Shown here: piece by piece, positions 44,638-53,736 of the stretch | How the letters are laid out: every line of letters begins with the position of its first letter | Position numbering within the stretch: the stretch's first letter is position 1 | Assembly (NCBI GenBank): GCA_964418775.1 | Contig: CAYQNA010000001.1 | Span: 64,446-128,445, forward strand | Source: an uncultured Gammaproteobacteria bacterium | Lineage (GTDB): Bacteria; Patescibacteriota; Patescibacteriia; Magasanikbacterales; UBA922 | DNA length: 64,000 bases | Direction of reading: 5' to 3' | Position numbers and translations under genes: made by a program | Notes under the pieces: model-generated | What the model was told of the DNA's origin: nothing | Database searches by the model: none | What the model saw: the letters and a program-made list of their open reading frames with translations, nothing else

Positions 44638-45363
44638 ATGGCTCGACATTCCAAATGGCACAATATTCAGGAGCGCAAGGGGAAGCAAGATAAAAAGCGC
44701 GGCGCGACATTTACGAAGCTGGCGCGATTTATTACGATTGCGGCGCAAAATGGCGGCGATCCAGAAATGAATTTTTCGTTGCGTTTGGCGATTGAAAAAG
44801 CGCGCGCCGCCAACATGCCCAAAGATAATATTGACCGGGCCGTAAAAAAGGGGACTGGCGAACTGGCGGGCGAGGCGCTCGATGAATTAACATACGAAGG
44901 GTTTGCGCCAGGTGGCGTGGCCATGCTAATTGATGTGGTGACTGATAATAAAAATCGGTCAGTTGGTGATGTAAAAATGATTGCCAATAAAAATGGTGGC
45001 TCAATTGGTGGGCCCGGCAGCGTGCAGTGGCAATTTGATCGTCGCGGGGTGGTGCGCGTGAGTGTTGATGAGGCTGCGGCGCATCTGGGTGACAAAGAGA
45101 CAATTGAATTAGCTTTGATTGAAGCCGGAGCCATTGATATTATTTGGGATGAAAATGGTTTGGAGGTTGTGAGTACAATTGAAGATTTAAAAAAAGTAAC
45201 CGCTGCGCTGGGTAACTTCCGTCTTACGCCAAGCGAGTCTGGCCTAGAATGGATTGCGCGCGAAACCATGGAAGTGGACGAGGAAACCGCGAGCAAAGTT
45301 ATGGATTTGATCGACGCGCTCGAGGAACACGATGATGTGCGTGCCGTGTACACTAACTTGTAA
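44638..45363 (+). CDS. yebC: YebC/PmpR-family transcriptional regulator
   Basis: MARHSKWHNIQERKGKQDKKRGATFTKL is the hallmark YebC N-terminus. 241 aa. Confidence 0.9.
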   Translation: MARHSKWHNIQERKGKQDKKRGATFTKLARFITIAAQNGGDPEMNFSLRLAIEKARAANMPKDNIDRAVKKGTGELAGEALDELTYEGFAPGGVAMLIDVVTDNKNRSVGDVKMIANKNGGSIGGPGSVQWQFDRRGVVRVSVDEAAAHLGDKETIELALIEAGAIDIIWDENGLEVVSTIEDLKKVTAALGNFRLTPSESGLEWIARETMEVDEETASKVMDLIDALEEHDDVRAVYTNL

Positions 45364-45364
45364 C

Positions 45365-45838
45365 ATGAAGCCGCTCCGCGTTATTGGACTTGACCCAGGC
45401 TTTGGTCGCTTGGGGTTTGCAGTGCTCGAACGGCAAGGGCGCGAATGGGTGGCGCTGGAATATGGCGTGGTCGAAACTTCGGCCAAAGACCCGTTTTTGG
45501 AGCGTCTGACTGCCGTATATGATGGAGTGGAAAAATTAGTGAAAGAGTACAAACCAGCCATCGCGGGGGTGGAAGAGCTCTTTTTTGCGCGCAATGTGAC
45601 CACGGCAATCAAGGTTGGGCAGGCCCGCGGGGTGGCCCTGTTGGCCCTGGCCCAGGGTGGGGTTCGGGTCAAGGAATTCACCCCCCAGGAGATCAAGCAA
45701 GCGGTAACCGGTTATGGCAAGGCCGACAAGGCCCAGGTAGCGGCTATGGTGAAAATTTTGCTAAAATTAGGCAATAAAAAGCTCCTCGACGACGCCACCG
45801 ACGCCCTAGCCATTGCCCTGGCCGCGGCCCCAGGTTGA
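45365..45838 (+). CDS. ruvC: Holliday junction resolvase RuvC
   Basis: VIGLDPGFGRLGFAV with catalytic Asp. Length 157 aa. Follows yebC, the classic yebC-ruvC arrangement. Confidence 0.88.
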   Translation: MKPLRVIGLDPGFGRLGFAVLERQGREWVALEYGVVETSAKDPFLERLTAVYDGVEKLVKEYKPAIAGVEELFFARNVTTAIKVGQARGVALLALAQGGVRVKEFTPQEIKQAVTGYGKADKAQVAAMVKILLKLGNKKLLDDATDALAIALAAAPG

Positions 45839-45946
45839 CAAAACACCCCCTCTCGGGTATACTTATAACGTTATTAATCCTCATTTTCGGGGACCCAGAC
45901 CGTTGGCGCACATGCTCCCAACCGGCCTGATAAACATGTGGCATGT

Positions 45947-46291
45947 ATGTTATCTAAGCAAAAAAAGCAAAACGTCATTAAGAAGTTCCAGACTCACAAG
46001 GGTGACACTGGTTCGAGCGAAGTTCAGATTGCGATTTTGACTACCGAAATCGACGAACTCGTAGGTCACCTTAAAGTTCACGCCAAAGATCACTCCTCCC
46101 GCCGCGGTTTACTCCGCAAAGTAGGGGAACGCCGCCGCTTGCTCCGTTACTTGCAGCGCGAAAACGCCGCTGCTTACGAAGAGCTCGTAAAGAAGCTTAA
46201 ACTCAAGCAGGCTAAACAGTTTGGTCCAGTAGTCGAAGATGTCGACACCGAACCAGACATGGAAGAAATTCATGAAGAAACTGAAGCCTAA
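45947..46291 (+). CDS. rpsO: 30S ribosomal protein S15
   Basis: [12 protein letters not shown] ... [29 protein letters not shown] matches the S15 consensus. It has an acidic C-terminal extension. An alternative GTG start at 45938 is possible. Confidence 0.85.
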   Translation: MLSKQKKQNVIKKFQTHKGDTGSSEVQIAILTTEIDELVGHLKVHAKDHSSRRGLLRKVGERRRLLRYLQRENAAAYEELVKKLKLKQAKQFGPVVEDVDTEPDMEEIHEETEA

Positions 46292-46823
46292 TCATAATCC
46301 TCTTAAACACCCCGACCAACGCGTTGGGGTGTTTATTGATGTTCAGAATTTATACTATTCGGCTCGCAACATTCACGGCCGCAAGGTAAATTTTGGTAAC
46401 ATTGTTAAAGAAGCGGTGGCTGGCCGCAAACTAATTCGCGCCATTGCCTACGTTGTTCGTACCGAGACCCAAGAGGAACAGCCATTTTTTGAAGCCCTGT
46501 ATAACCAGGGGATTGAGACGCGCGAAAAAGATTTGCAAGTATTTTCGAGTGGTCTTAAAAAAGCTGACTGGGATGTAGGTTTGGCGGTTGACGCTATTCG
46601 TTTGGCCCCAAGTCTCGACGCAGTCGTGATTGTCTCTGGCGACGGCGATTATTTGCCGCTCGTTGAATATTTGCAAAAAAGCAGTGGCAAGCAAGTTGAA
46701 GTAGTCGCGTTTGGTGAAGCTACGAGCAGCCGACTGATTGAAGAGGCTGATGATTTCTTAGACCTTAGCGAAAGTCGTGATAAGTTTTTACTCTTTGACC
46801 GACGCGCGCCAAGGGCCAGTTAA
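46272..46823 (+). CDS. NYN/LabA-like (PIN-fold) domain protein
   Basis: [15 protein letters not shown] ... [18 protein letters not shown] is typical of NYN-domain RNases. An alternative ATG at 46239 is possible. Overlaps the rpsO 3' end. Confidence 0.65.
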   Translation: MKKLKPNHNPLKHPDQRVGVFIDVQNLYYSARNIHGRKVNFGNIVKEAVAGRKLIRAIAYVVRTETQEEQPFFEALYNQGIETREKDLQVFSSGLKKADWDVGLAVDAIRLAPSLDAVVIVSGDGDYLPLVEYLQKSSGKQVEVVAFGEATSSRLIEEADDFLDLSESRDKFLLFDRRAPRAS

Positions 46824-46898
46824 TTAATTTATTCCGTTCGTCACAAGACATCTAGGTCCCCCGGGATCTATCGCCTTGTGATGAACTAACTATATAGT

Positions 46899-49118
46899 AT
46901 GTTGGACATCAAGTCTTGGTCACTCCCATGGGGTGGCCGCACACTGACCGTGGAAACAGGGCGTTATGCTTTGCAATCCAATCGTTCGGTGACAGTTCGT
47001 TATGGCGATACCGTAATTATGGCCACAGTGGTCAAGAGCCCAAACGTTCGCGCGGGCCTGGACTACTTCCCACTCATGGTCGACTTTGAGGAAAAGTTGT
47101 ATGCCGCGGGTAAAATTAAGGGCTCACGCTTTATTAAGCGCGAAGGTCGCCCAAGTGATGAAGCGATTTTAATGGGTCGTTTAGTTGACCGCACCATTCG
47201 TCCGCTTTTTGACGACCGCATGCGCAATGATGTGCAGGTTGTGGTTACTCCGCTGGCCGTTGATGGCGAAAATGATGCGGCCATTGTTGGTTTGGTGGCT
47301 GCTTGTGCTACACTTACTTTGTCATCGATCCCATGGAATGGTCCAATTGCGGGTGCTCGCGTGGGCATGGCCAAGAATGGTGAATTTATTTTGAATATTA
47401 CTCAGGAACAATTGGCTGAAAATGGTGCACTTGACCTCGTGGTCACTGGTACCAAAGACAAGCTTGTGATGGTCGAAGCTGGGGCGAGTGAAGTGCCAGA
47501 GGCAACTATGCTCGAAGCCATTAAATGGGGCTTGAACCAATTACAGCCAGTGGTTGAATTCCTCAAACAAATTCAGGCCGAAGCTGGTTCAACAAAAGAA
47601 ACCATTGATGCGGCGATCGAAGAAACGCCAATTGCTCAGGCCAAAAAAATGGCCAAGCAGGTGATTGCTGATTCGGCCGATAGTTTAATTTTCAACACCC
47701 CAAAAATTACACGCACCGACCGCTTTGCCATGGTTGACGCGCTCAAAGTTACAGCCAAAGAAAAATTGGTTGCGGCTGGTTTTGAAGAGGGTGTAATCGC
47801 CGGCGTGATGGCCGAAATGAAATATTTGGTTGGGGATACAGTGTCCCAGCGCATTTTGGATCGTGGCCAGCGCCTTGACGGTCGCTCGCTCACTGATATT
47901 CGCGAATTGCAGACCGCCGTTGACCTCCTCCCACGCGTGCATGGTTCGGCTATGTTTATGCGTGGTGATACCCAGGTACTCTCGATTGTTACTCTTGGCG
48001 CGCCTGGTGACGTCCAGACAGTGGACACCATGGAGGAAGATGGCAAAAAGCGCTACATGCACCACTACAATGACTCGCCATTCTCGTATGGCGAAGCTGG
48101 TCCAATGCGGGGTCCAGGTCGTCGGGCCATTGGTCATGGTGCGCTTGCCGAACGTGCACTCGAACCAGTCCTTCCAGCCGAAGCAGATTTCCCATACGCC
48201 ATTCGCGTGGTGTCCGAAGTGATGGGCTCGAACGGCTCCAGTTCAATGGCTTCAACCTGTGGTTCAACCATGTCACTCATGGCTGCCGGTGTGCCAATCA
48301 AAAAACCAGTGGCTGGTATTGCCATGGGTTTGGCCTCTGATGAACAAGGTCGCTGGAAAGTTTTGACTGACCTTCAGGATATTGAAGATGGCCATGGTGG
48401 TATGGACTTTAAGATTGCTGGTACTCGTGATGGTATTACCGCCATCCAAATGGATACTAAGACTCAGGGTCTTAGCTGGGAAATTGTGGAGCAAACCATT
48501 AAACAAGCTTACGAAGCTCGTGTAAATATTCTCGCTAAAATGGCCGAAGCGATTGAATCACCTCGCCCAGATTTGTCTGAATTTGCACCACGCATTGTAA
48601 CGATTCAGATCCACCCAGATAAGATCCGCGAAGTGATTGGTCCAGGTGGTAAAGTCATCAACAAAATCATTGACGACACTGGTGTTCAAATTGATATTGA
48701 ACAAGACGGTCGTGTGATGATTACTTCGGCCGATGCCGATGGCATGACTCGTGCCGTGAAAATGGTTCAGGATATCGTGCGCGAAGTTGTGGCTGGCGAA
48801 ATTTTCGAAGGCCCAGTTGTTCGCCTCGAAGATTTTGGCGCCTTTGTGCAGCTCTTGCCAAACAAAGACGGCCTCGTCCACGTAAGTGAAATTTCGTGGG
48901 ACCGCGTAGGTCGCCCAAGCGATGTGCTCAAATACGGCGATGTCGTAAAGGTAAAAGTAAAAGAAATCGACAGTCTTGGTCGCGTTAATTTGACCATGAA
49001 AGAATTGACCGAAAAGCCAGAAGGTTGGACACCTCCACCACCACGCCCACCACGTCCAGAAGGTGGTCGCAGTTTCGGCGGTCCCCGCCGCAGCGGCCCA
49101 CCACGTGATCGGAATTAA
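46899..49118 (+). CDS. pnp: Polyribonucleotide nucleotidyltransferase (PNPase)
   Basis: Two RNase PH domains, a KH domain (VIGPGGKVINKII) and an S1 domain. C-terminal Pro/Arg-rich tail. 739 aa. Confidence 0.96.
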   Translation: MLDIKSWSLPWGGRTLTVETGRYALQSNRSVTVRYGDTVIMATVVKSPNVRAGLDYFPLMVDFEEKLYAAGKIKGSRFIKREGRPSDEAILMGRLVDRTIRPLFDDRMRNDVQVVVTPLAVDGENDAAIVGLVAACATLTLSSIPWNGPIAGARVGMAKNGEFILNITQEQLAENGALDLVVTGTKDKLVMVEAGASEVPEATMLEAIKWGLNQLQPVVEFLKQIQAEAGSTKETIDAAIEETPIAQAKKMAKQVIADSADSLIFNTPKITRTDRFAMVDALKVTAKEKLVAAGFEEGVIAGVMAEMKYLVGDTVSQRILDRGQRLDGRSLTDIRELQTAVDLLPRVHGSAMFMRGDTQVLSIVTLGAPGDVQTVDTMEEDGKKRYMHHYNDSPFSYGEAGPMRGPGRRAIGHGALAERALEPVLPAEADFPYAIRVVSEVMGSNGSSSMASTCGSTMSLMAAGVPIKKPVAGIAMGLASDEQGRWKVLTDLQDIEDGHGGMDFKIAGTRDGITAIQMDTKTQGLSWEIVEQTIKQAYEARVNILAKMAEAIESPRPDLSEFAPRIVTIQIHPDKIREVIGPGGKVINKIIDDTGVQIDIEQDGRVMITSADADGMTRAVKMVQDIVREVVAGEIFEGPVVRLEDFGAFVQLLPNKDGLVHVSEISWDRVGRPSDVLKYGDVVKVKVKEIDSLGRVNLTMKELTEKPEGWTPPPPRPPRPEGGRSFGGPRRSGPPRDRN

Positions 49119-49125
49119 AATTCAA

Positions 49126-49157
49126 TTTCAAAAAAGACCTTCGGGTCTTTTTTGTTT
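49126..49157 (+). terminator. Rho-independent terminator after pnp
   Basis: AAAAAAGACCTTCGGGTCTTTTTTGTTT hairpin plus T-run. A second hairpin (GACAACC ... GGTTGTC plus T-run) follows at about 49218-49250. Confidence 0.75.
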
Positions 49158-49247
49158 GACAGAAAAGATAAAATTCTGTACTATGCATGTAGTATTGTCC
49201 TCCAAAAGAGGACCCTGACAACCTTCTATACGAGGGTTGTCGTTTTT

Positions 49248-49703
49248 TTATATCATGTTTTTGTATCTCCGAACTATCTCTTCAAATACGGCTGGATCGG
49301 CTTTGCCTAGGTAATTTAGAAGGCGTTTTGAGCTTATGCTTCGAGATTGTTCAAATAGGACAGCAGATTTAATTCCGTTGATTTCTATTGGAAATTGGTA
49401 AGGCGCGTCTGGCTTGAGCTTTGTAGTTAGCGGAAGAACTAAGCACATTGTGGAAGAATGTCGCTTAAGAATTAAAACAGGACGACTTGAGTCTTGGTTT
49501 TTTCCGTCAATTTCATGCCCAATGTTTTGACCCAAAGCTGCCCACCAGATATCGCGTTCGTAAAAATGAAGATTGCGATGAGGGCGCTCATCGAGTAGAA
49601 TTTTTTGATTAGACCATTCTTGATGCAATTGACGACGGTCTAACATCAAGTTCCCTCCTTGATTAGACATAGAAGATATATTGTTAAATCTATTTAAATC
49701 CAT
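49248..49703 (-). CDS. PemK/MazF-like endoribonuclease-fold protein (putative toxin, no adjacent antitoxin seen)
   Basis: IWWAALGQNIGHEIDGKNQDSSRPVLILKRHSSTMCLVLPLTTK fits the MazF/PemK core (G.E..K.RP.L.L ... V.P.T.). It has a 50-aa N-terminal extension. Confidence 0.5.
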   Translation of the reverse strand: MDLNRFNNISSMSNQGGNLMLDRRQLHQEWSNQKILLDERPHRNLHFYERDIWWAALGQNIGHEIDGKNQDSSRPVLILKRHSSTMCLVLPLTTKLKPDAPYQFPIEINGIKSAVLFEQSRSISSKRLLNYLGKADPAVFEEIVRRYKNMI

Positions 49704-49843
49704 TCCGAATATCTTGTCAAGATTACAAACAAATTAGTTTTGTGCTATAATTGCAGCACACCGCCAAAGTCGTTGGTCTCTAACCCTTTTCCTGTCGGCT
49801 TAGAGACGCACGAGTTTGGTTTTTAGGCTTTTTATTTAAGGCT

Positions 49844-50833
49844 ATGAAAGAACCAACGTACAGCCAGGCTGTGCATGCTAGTTGGCAATTGGCGTGGAAA
49901 CACAAGAGTTTGTGGGCATTTGGCTTGTTTGCCATGTTGCTCGGACAATTGGGAATTGTGGATTTGTTTTTTAAAGTGATTTTTGTCTCTCGCACGGCCG
50001 AGACACCGCATTTGGCAGATTATTTGTGGTCGGTTTTGAATCCACAAACATGGATTCAGTGGGTTGGTGGGCCAGTGTCGCTAACACCAGACACGTGGGT
50101 TTGGTTAGCGTGGTTGATTGTCACAATGGTGGCACTCGCGGCCATGGTGGTATTTGTAGCTGTGGTGTCGCAGGGTGCGCTGGTACATATTAGCGCACGC
50201 ATTGCCAAGCGTCCGGGCGGGGAAGTGGACGAAACCAAGGCGTGGCACCAGGGTGTGACGCACTTTTGGCGCTTGCTTGGACTCAATATTGTGCGCAAAT
50301 TAATTATGGGCGCAGTGTCACTGCTCTTGGTGGCAGCGGTTTTACCGGCTGTACAGGACCCAAGTGGTGTGAACAAGGTGCTTTTGGTTGGGCTCGTGAT
50401 TTTTGCACTTTTGGTTGGTGTGATCGCTTCGTTTTTGCTTGTGTACGCGGCGTGTTACGTGATTGTCGAAGAGTATCGTTTACCAGAAGCGCTCCGCGAA
50501 GCCTGGCGTTTATTTATCCGTCATCCATTTGTGTCACTCGAAGTTGGCGCAATTGTAATTTTGGCCAATATCTTGCTCGCATTTGTGGCGCTTGTGGGCG
50601 TGGTATACATTTTGTTCTTGCCAATTTTGGTCTCGTACTTTATGGCCGTATGGTTTAACACGGCTGTGCTCGTAAAATTCGGTCTTATTTTGGGCTACGC
50701 ACTGTTTGTGGTATTGCTCGTGGTTGCCTGCGCCTTGTTTACAGTGTTCACCACCAGCATGTGGACATACTTGTTTACTAAAATGCACAAGCATGGACTC
50801 ACAAGCCGTCTCTTCCATTGGCTGCATCGCTAA
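49844..50833 (+). CDS. Hypothetical polytopic membrane protein
   Basis: About 7 TM helices. No catalytic motif recognised. Confidence 0.45.
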   Translation: MKEPTYSQAVHASWQLAWKHKSLWAFGLFAMLLGQLGIVDLFFKVIFVSRTAETPHLADYLWSVLNPQTWIQWVGGPVSLTPDTWVWLAWLIVTMVALAAMVVFVAVVSQGALVHISARIAKRPGGEVDETKAWHQGVTHFWRLLGLNIVRKLIMGAVSLLLVAAVLPAVQDPSGVNKVLLVGLVIFALLVGVIASFLLVYAACYVIVEEYRLPEALREAWRLFIRHPFVSLEVGAIVILANILLAFVALVGVVYILFLPILVSYFMAVWFNTAVLVKFGLILGYALFVVLLVVACALFTVFTTSMWTYLFTKMHKHGLTSRLFHWLHR

Positions 50834-50835
50834 CT

Positions 50836-52566
50836 ATGTCCGGTTTCCAAAACCTTAATGATTTGCTCGGTGTTAAAGACGACCAGGGGACTGGGCCGTC
50901 GGCTCTGCCTACCGCGGTAAATGAAAAATTTGCCGAAAAAATGGTGAACATCAAGAAAAAGGAATTGGAAACTGAAGCCATTCGTTTGGCGACAGACATG
51001 GGTGCACCATACATTAATTTGGAGCGCTTTCCCGTGAGTCAGGAGGCGCTGCGCCAGGTGCCGCGCGAAACTGCCAGTGCACTCGGGGCTGTGTGCTTTT
51101 TTGCAACTCCAGACGAAGTGCGTGTGGGTGCACTCGATCCAACAGCACCACAGGTGCAGCAACTTTTATACGATATTCAGGAACGTAACCACGTACAAGG
51201 TGGCATGTACTTGATTTCGGAAACGAGTTTACAGCGCATTTTGGAGATGTACAACACGTTGCCTGTAATTAAACCCGTGACCAAAGACGTGCAAATTAGC
51301 AGTCAGGATTTGGAGAGAGTACAGGCTGATGTCAATGATTTTCGGTCGCTGCAGGCTGCGCTCGAAAAACGTTCGACGACCGACCTACTCACTTTGATTT
51401 TGGGCGCGGCGCTTAAGCTCGATAGTTCGGACGTACATATTGAAGCTGAAGAAACTAAGATTGTGGTTCGCTTGCGCTTGGATGGTATTTTGCACGATGT
51501 GGCCACGCTGCCAAAAGAAGTCTACAAACAATTGATTTCGCGCATTAAATTGTTGTCTTCGCTCAAAATTAATATTACAGATAAGCCGCAGGACGGCCGT
51601 TTTACCATTAAATTTACTGATTACGACATTGACCTGCGTATTTCGACCATCCCAACCGTTCATGGCGAAAGTGTGGTAATGCGGTTGCTCAAGCAAAAAC
51701 AAGAGGGGATTAGTCTGGACAAATTAGGTGTTCGAGGTCGCATGCTCGAGCAGCTAAAGCGCGAAATTGCGCGGCCAAATGGCATGATTATTTCGACTGG
51801 TCCGACTGGGAGTGGTAAGACTACAACTTTGTACGCGATTTTGAAAATACTAAACCAACCAGGCGTGAAAATTTTAACTCTTGAAGACCCAGTTGAATAT
51901 CGTATCGAGGGTGTGAACCAGAGTCAGATTGACCGCTCCAAAGATTACACGTTTGCCAAGGGTTTGCGTTCAATGCTGCGTCAAGATCCGGACATTGTGA
52001 TGGTTGGTGAAATTCGCGACCTTGAAACCGCGGATATTGCCGTTCAAGCGGCGCTTACTGGTCACTTGCTCCTATCTACAATCCACACCAATAGTGCTGC
52101 GGGCGCTGTGCCACGCTTTTTGTCCATGGGTGTAAAACCATTTTTGCTTGCACCGGCCCTGAATTGCGTGATTGGTCAGCGTTTGGTTCGTCGTGTGTGT
52201 CAACAATGCGCCGTTAAAACAGATTTAACTGCGTTACCAACAGACATGCAAACACGTTTGACAGAAATTTTACAAAATTTACCAGAAATTGATAAAAAAG
52301 AAATTGCGGAAAAACCAAAAATGTTCTATACTGCTAAGGGTTGTGTGGCCTGTAATAATTTAGGTTACAAAGGCCGTGTTACTATTTGCGAGTTGTTTAG
52401 CTTAACACCACAAATTGAACAAGCTGTGAACAGTGGGAAAGTGTCAGAATATGACATTGAGCAAATGGCCCGCGCCAACGGCATGGTCACAATGGTGGAA
52501 GATGGTGTTTTGAAAGCTTTAGACGGTATTACCACACCGGAAGAAGTCTTCCGAGTAATCGAATAA
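50836..52566 (+). CDS. pilB: Type IV pilus assembly ATPase PilB (GspE family)
   Basis: Walker A GPTGSGKTTTLYA, Asp and His boxes, tetracysteine CQQC ... CVAC, and an N-terminal T2SSE_N-like domain. Confidence 0.85.
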   Translation: MSGFQNLNDLLGVKDDQGTGPSALPTAVNEKFAEKMVNIKKKELETEAIRLATDMGAPYINLERFPVSQEALRQVPRETASALGAVCFFATPDEVRVGALDPTAPQVQQLLYDIQERNHVQGGMYLISETSLQRILEMYNTLPVIKPVTKDVQISSQDLERVQADVNDFRSLQAALEKRSTTDLLTLILGAALKLDSSDVHIEAEETKIVVRLRLDGILHDVATLPKEVYKQLISRIKLLSSLKINITDKPQDGRFTIKFTDYDIDLRISTIPTVHGESVVMRLLKQKQEGISLDKLGVRGRMLEQLKREIARPNGMIISTGPTGSGKTTTLYAILKILNQPGVKILTLEDPVEYRIEGVNQSQIDRSKDYTFAKGLRSMLRQDPDIVMVGEIRDLETADIAVQAALTGHLLLSTIHTNSAAGAVPRFLSMGVKPFLLAPALNCVIGQRLVRRVCQQCAVKTDLTALPTDMQTRLTEILQNLPEIDKKEIAEKPKMFYTAKGCVACNNLGYKGRVTICELFSLTPQIEQAVNSGKVSEYDIEQMARANGMVTMVEDGVLKALDGITTPEEVFRVIE

Positions 52567-52568
52567 TT

Positions 52569-53717
52569 ATGGTGAATCGCTCGCGCGGTACTTTGCCAGG
52601 AACTCCTGGCGCACCGGTCAGATTTTATAAATTTGTCGCGGTTACTTTTTTGCTATTAACGTTGGCCTTACTTGGCCTGATTGCGTTTATGTCAGCCAAA
52701 CGGGCTGACATTGTTATTACTACCCATTCGGACAACGTGGATGCAACCTTTCCGTTGGAAATTGGGCCTGGTGTGCCGCAGGCAGCGGTGAAGGCGAGTG
52801 TGACGACCACGGTTATCACACTCAGTAAGGTCGTGGCCCCAAGTGGTTTGCGTACTGCTACGACGACGAATAGCGATGTTAAAATAACACTTGTGAACGA
52901 GTCAGTTGTGGCTCAACCATTGGTTGCAACCACGCGTGTTCAGGCAGCCGATGGAACATTAATGCGCTTGCGTCGCGGTGTGACCGTGCCAGCCCAGGGC
53001 AATATTGTGGCTGATGTATATTTGGACCAACCAGGCAGTGTGTCTACTGTACCAGCTGCTCGTTACACAATCCCAGGTCTGAGTAGTTTGCGACAGCAGC
53101 AGGTGTACGCCCAATCAGCTGGTGAATTGAATTTCACGGGCGTACGCAAAGTGGGTGTGATTACGGCCGATGATATTACCAAGGGTAAGGCCGAACTTCT
53201 TGAAGCCATGAAAACCAAGGCGCAAGAAGGGGCCACTATGGTGACCGGTACTACGGTTTTGGCGACAGTGCTCCAGCAAGTCGTGGAAACCCCTGCTAAC
53301 ATTGGTGACGAAACAGAAAGCTTTACACTGACCGGGCGCGCGACCATTGCTCTCGTAGCATATGCGGATAGTGATTTAACAGCACAAGCTAACCAAATGC
53401 TAGCCAAACAAATTGTGGATGCCAGCGAAGTGCTTGAGAGTGCCAATGCTACCCCATCAGTTTCGCTCGAAAATTATGATTTAGCCACAGGCGTGGCCAC
53501 GCTCAAAGTCGTGCATAGCGGCCTGGTAAACATTGATCCGAATAGTCCTGAGCTCCAAAAAGTTATGTTCTTTGGCAAAACCGAAGATGAAGTGCGCCGC
53601 TACCTCCTGTCGCTTGACCATGTTAAAAGCGTGGAAATCAAGTTTAAACCACTGTGGAACCACACGGTCCCTCATGTGGCTGACCATGTCGAGGTGACAG
53701 TGGTTCAGGCTAAATAG
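52569..53717 (+). CDS. Hypothetical membrane-anchored protein
   Basis: Single N-terminal TM (FVAVTFLLLTLALLGLIAFM) with a large extracytoplasmic domain. Tightly linked to pilB (2-nt gap). Confidence 0.45.
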   Translation: MVNRSRGTLPGTPGAPVRFYKFVAVTFLLLTLALLGLIAFMSAKRADIVITTHSDNVDATFPLEIGPGVPQAAVKASVTTTVITLSKVVAPSGLRTATTTNSDVKITLVNESVVAQPLVATTRVQAADGTLMRLRRGVTVPAQGNIVADVYLDQPGSVSTVPAARYTIPGLSSLRQQQVYAQSAGELNFTGVRKVGVITADDITKGKAELLEAMKTKAQEGATMVTGTTVLATVLQQVVETPANIGDETESFTLTGRATIALVAYADSDLTAQANQMLAKQIVDASEVLESANATPSVSLENYDLATGVATLKVVHSGLVNIDPNSPELQKVMFFGKTEDEVRRYLLSLDHVKSVEIKFKPLWNHTVPHVADHVEVTVVQAK

Positions 53718-53736
53718 TTTATTATTTTTTACTCGT

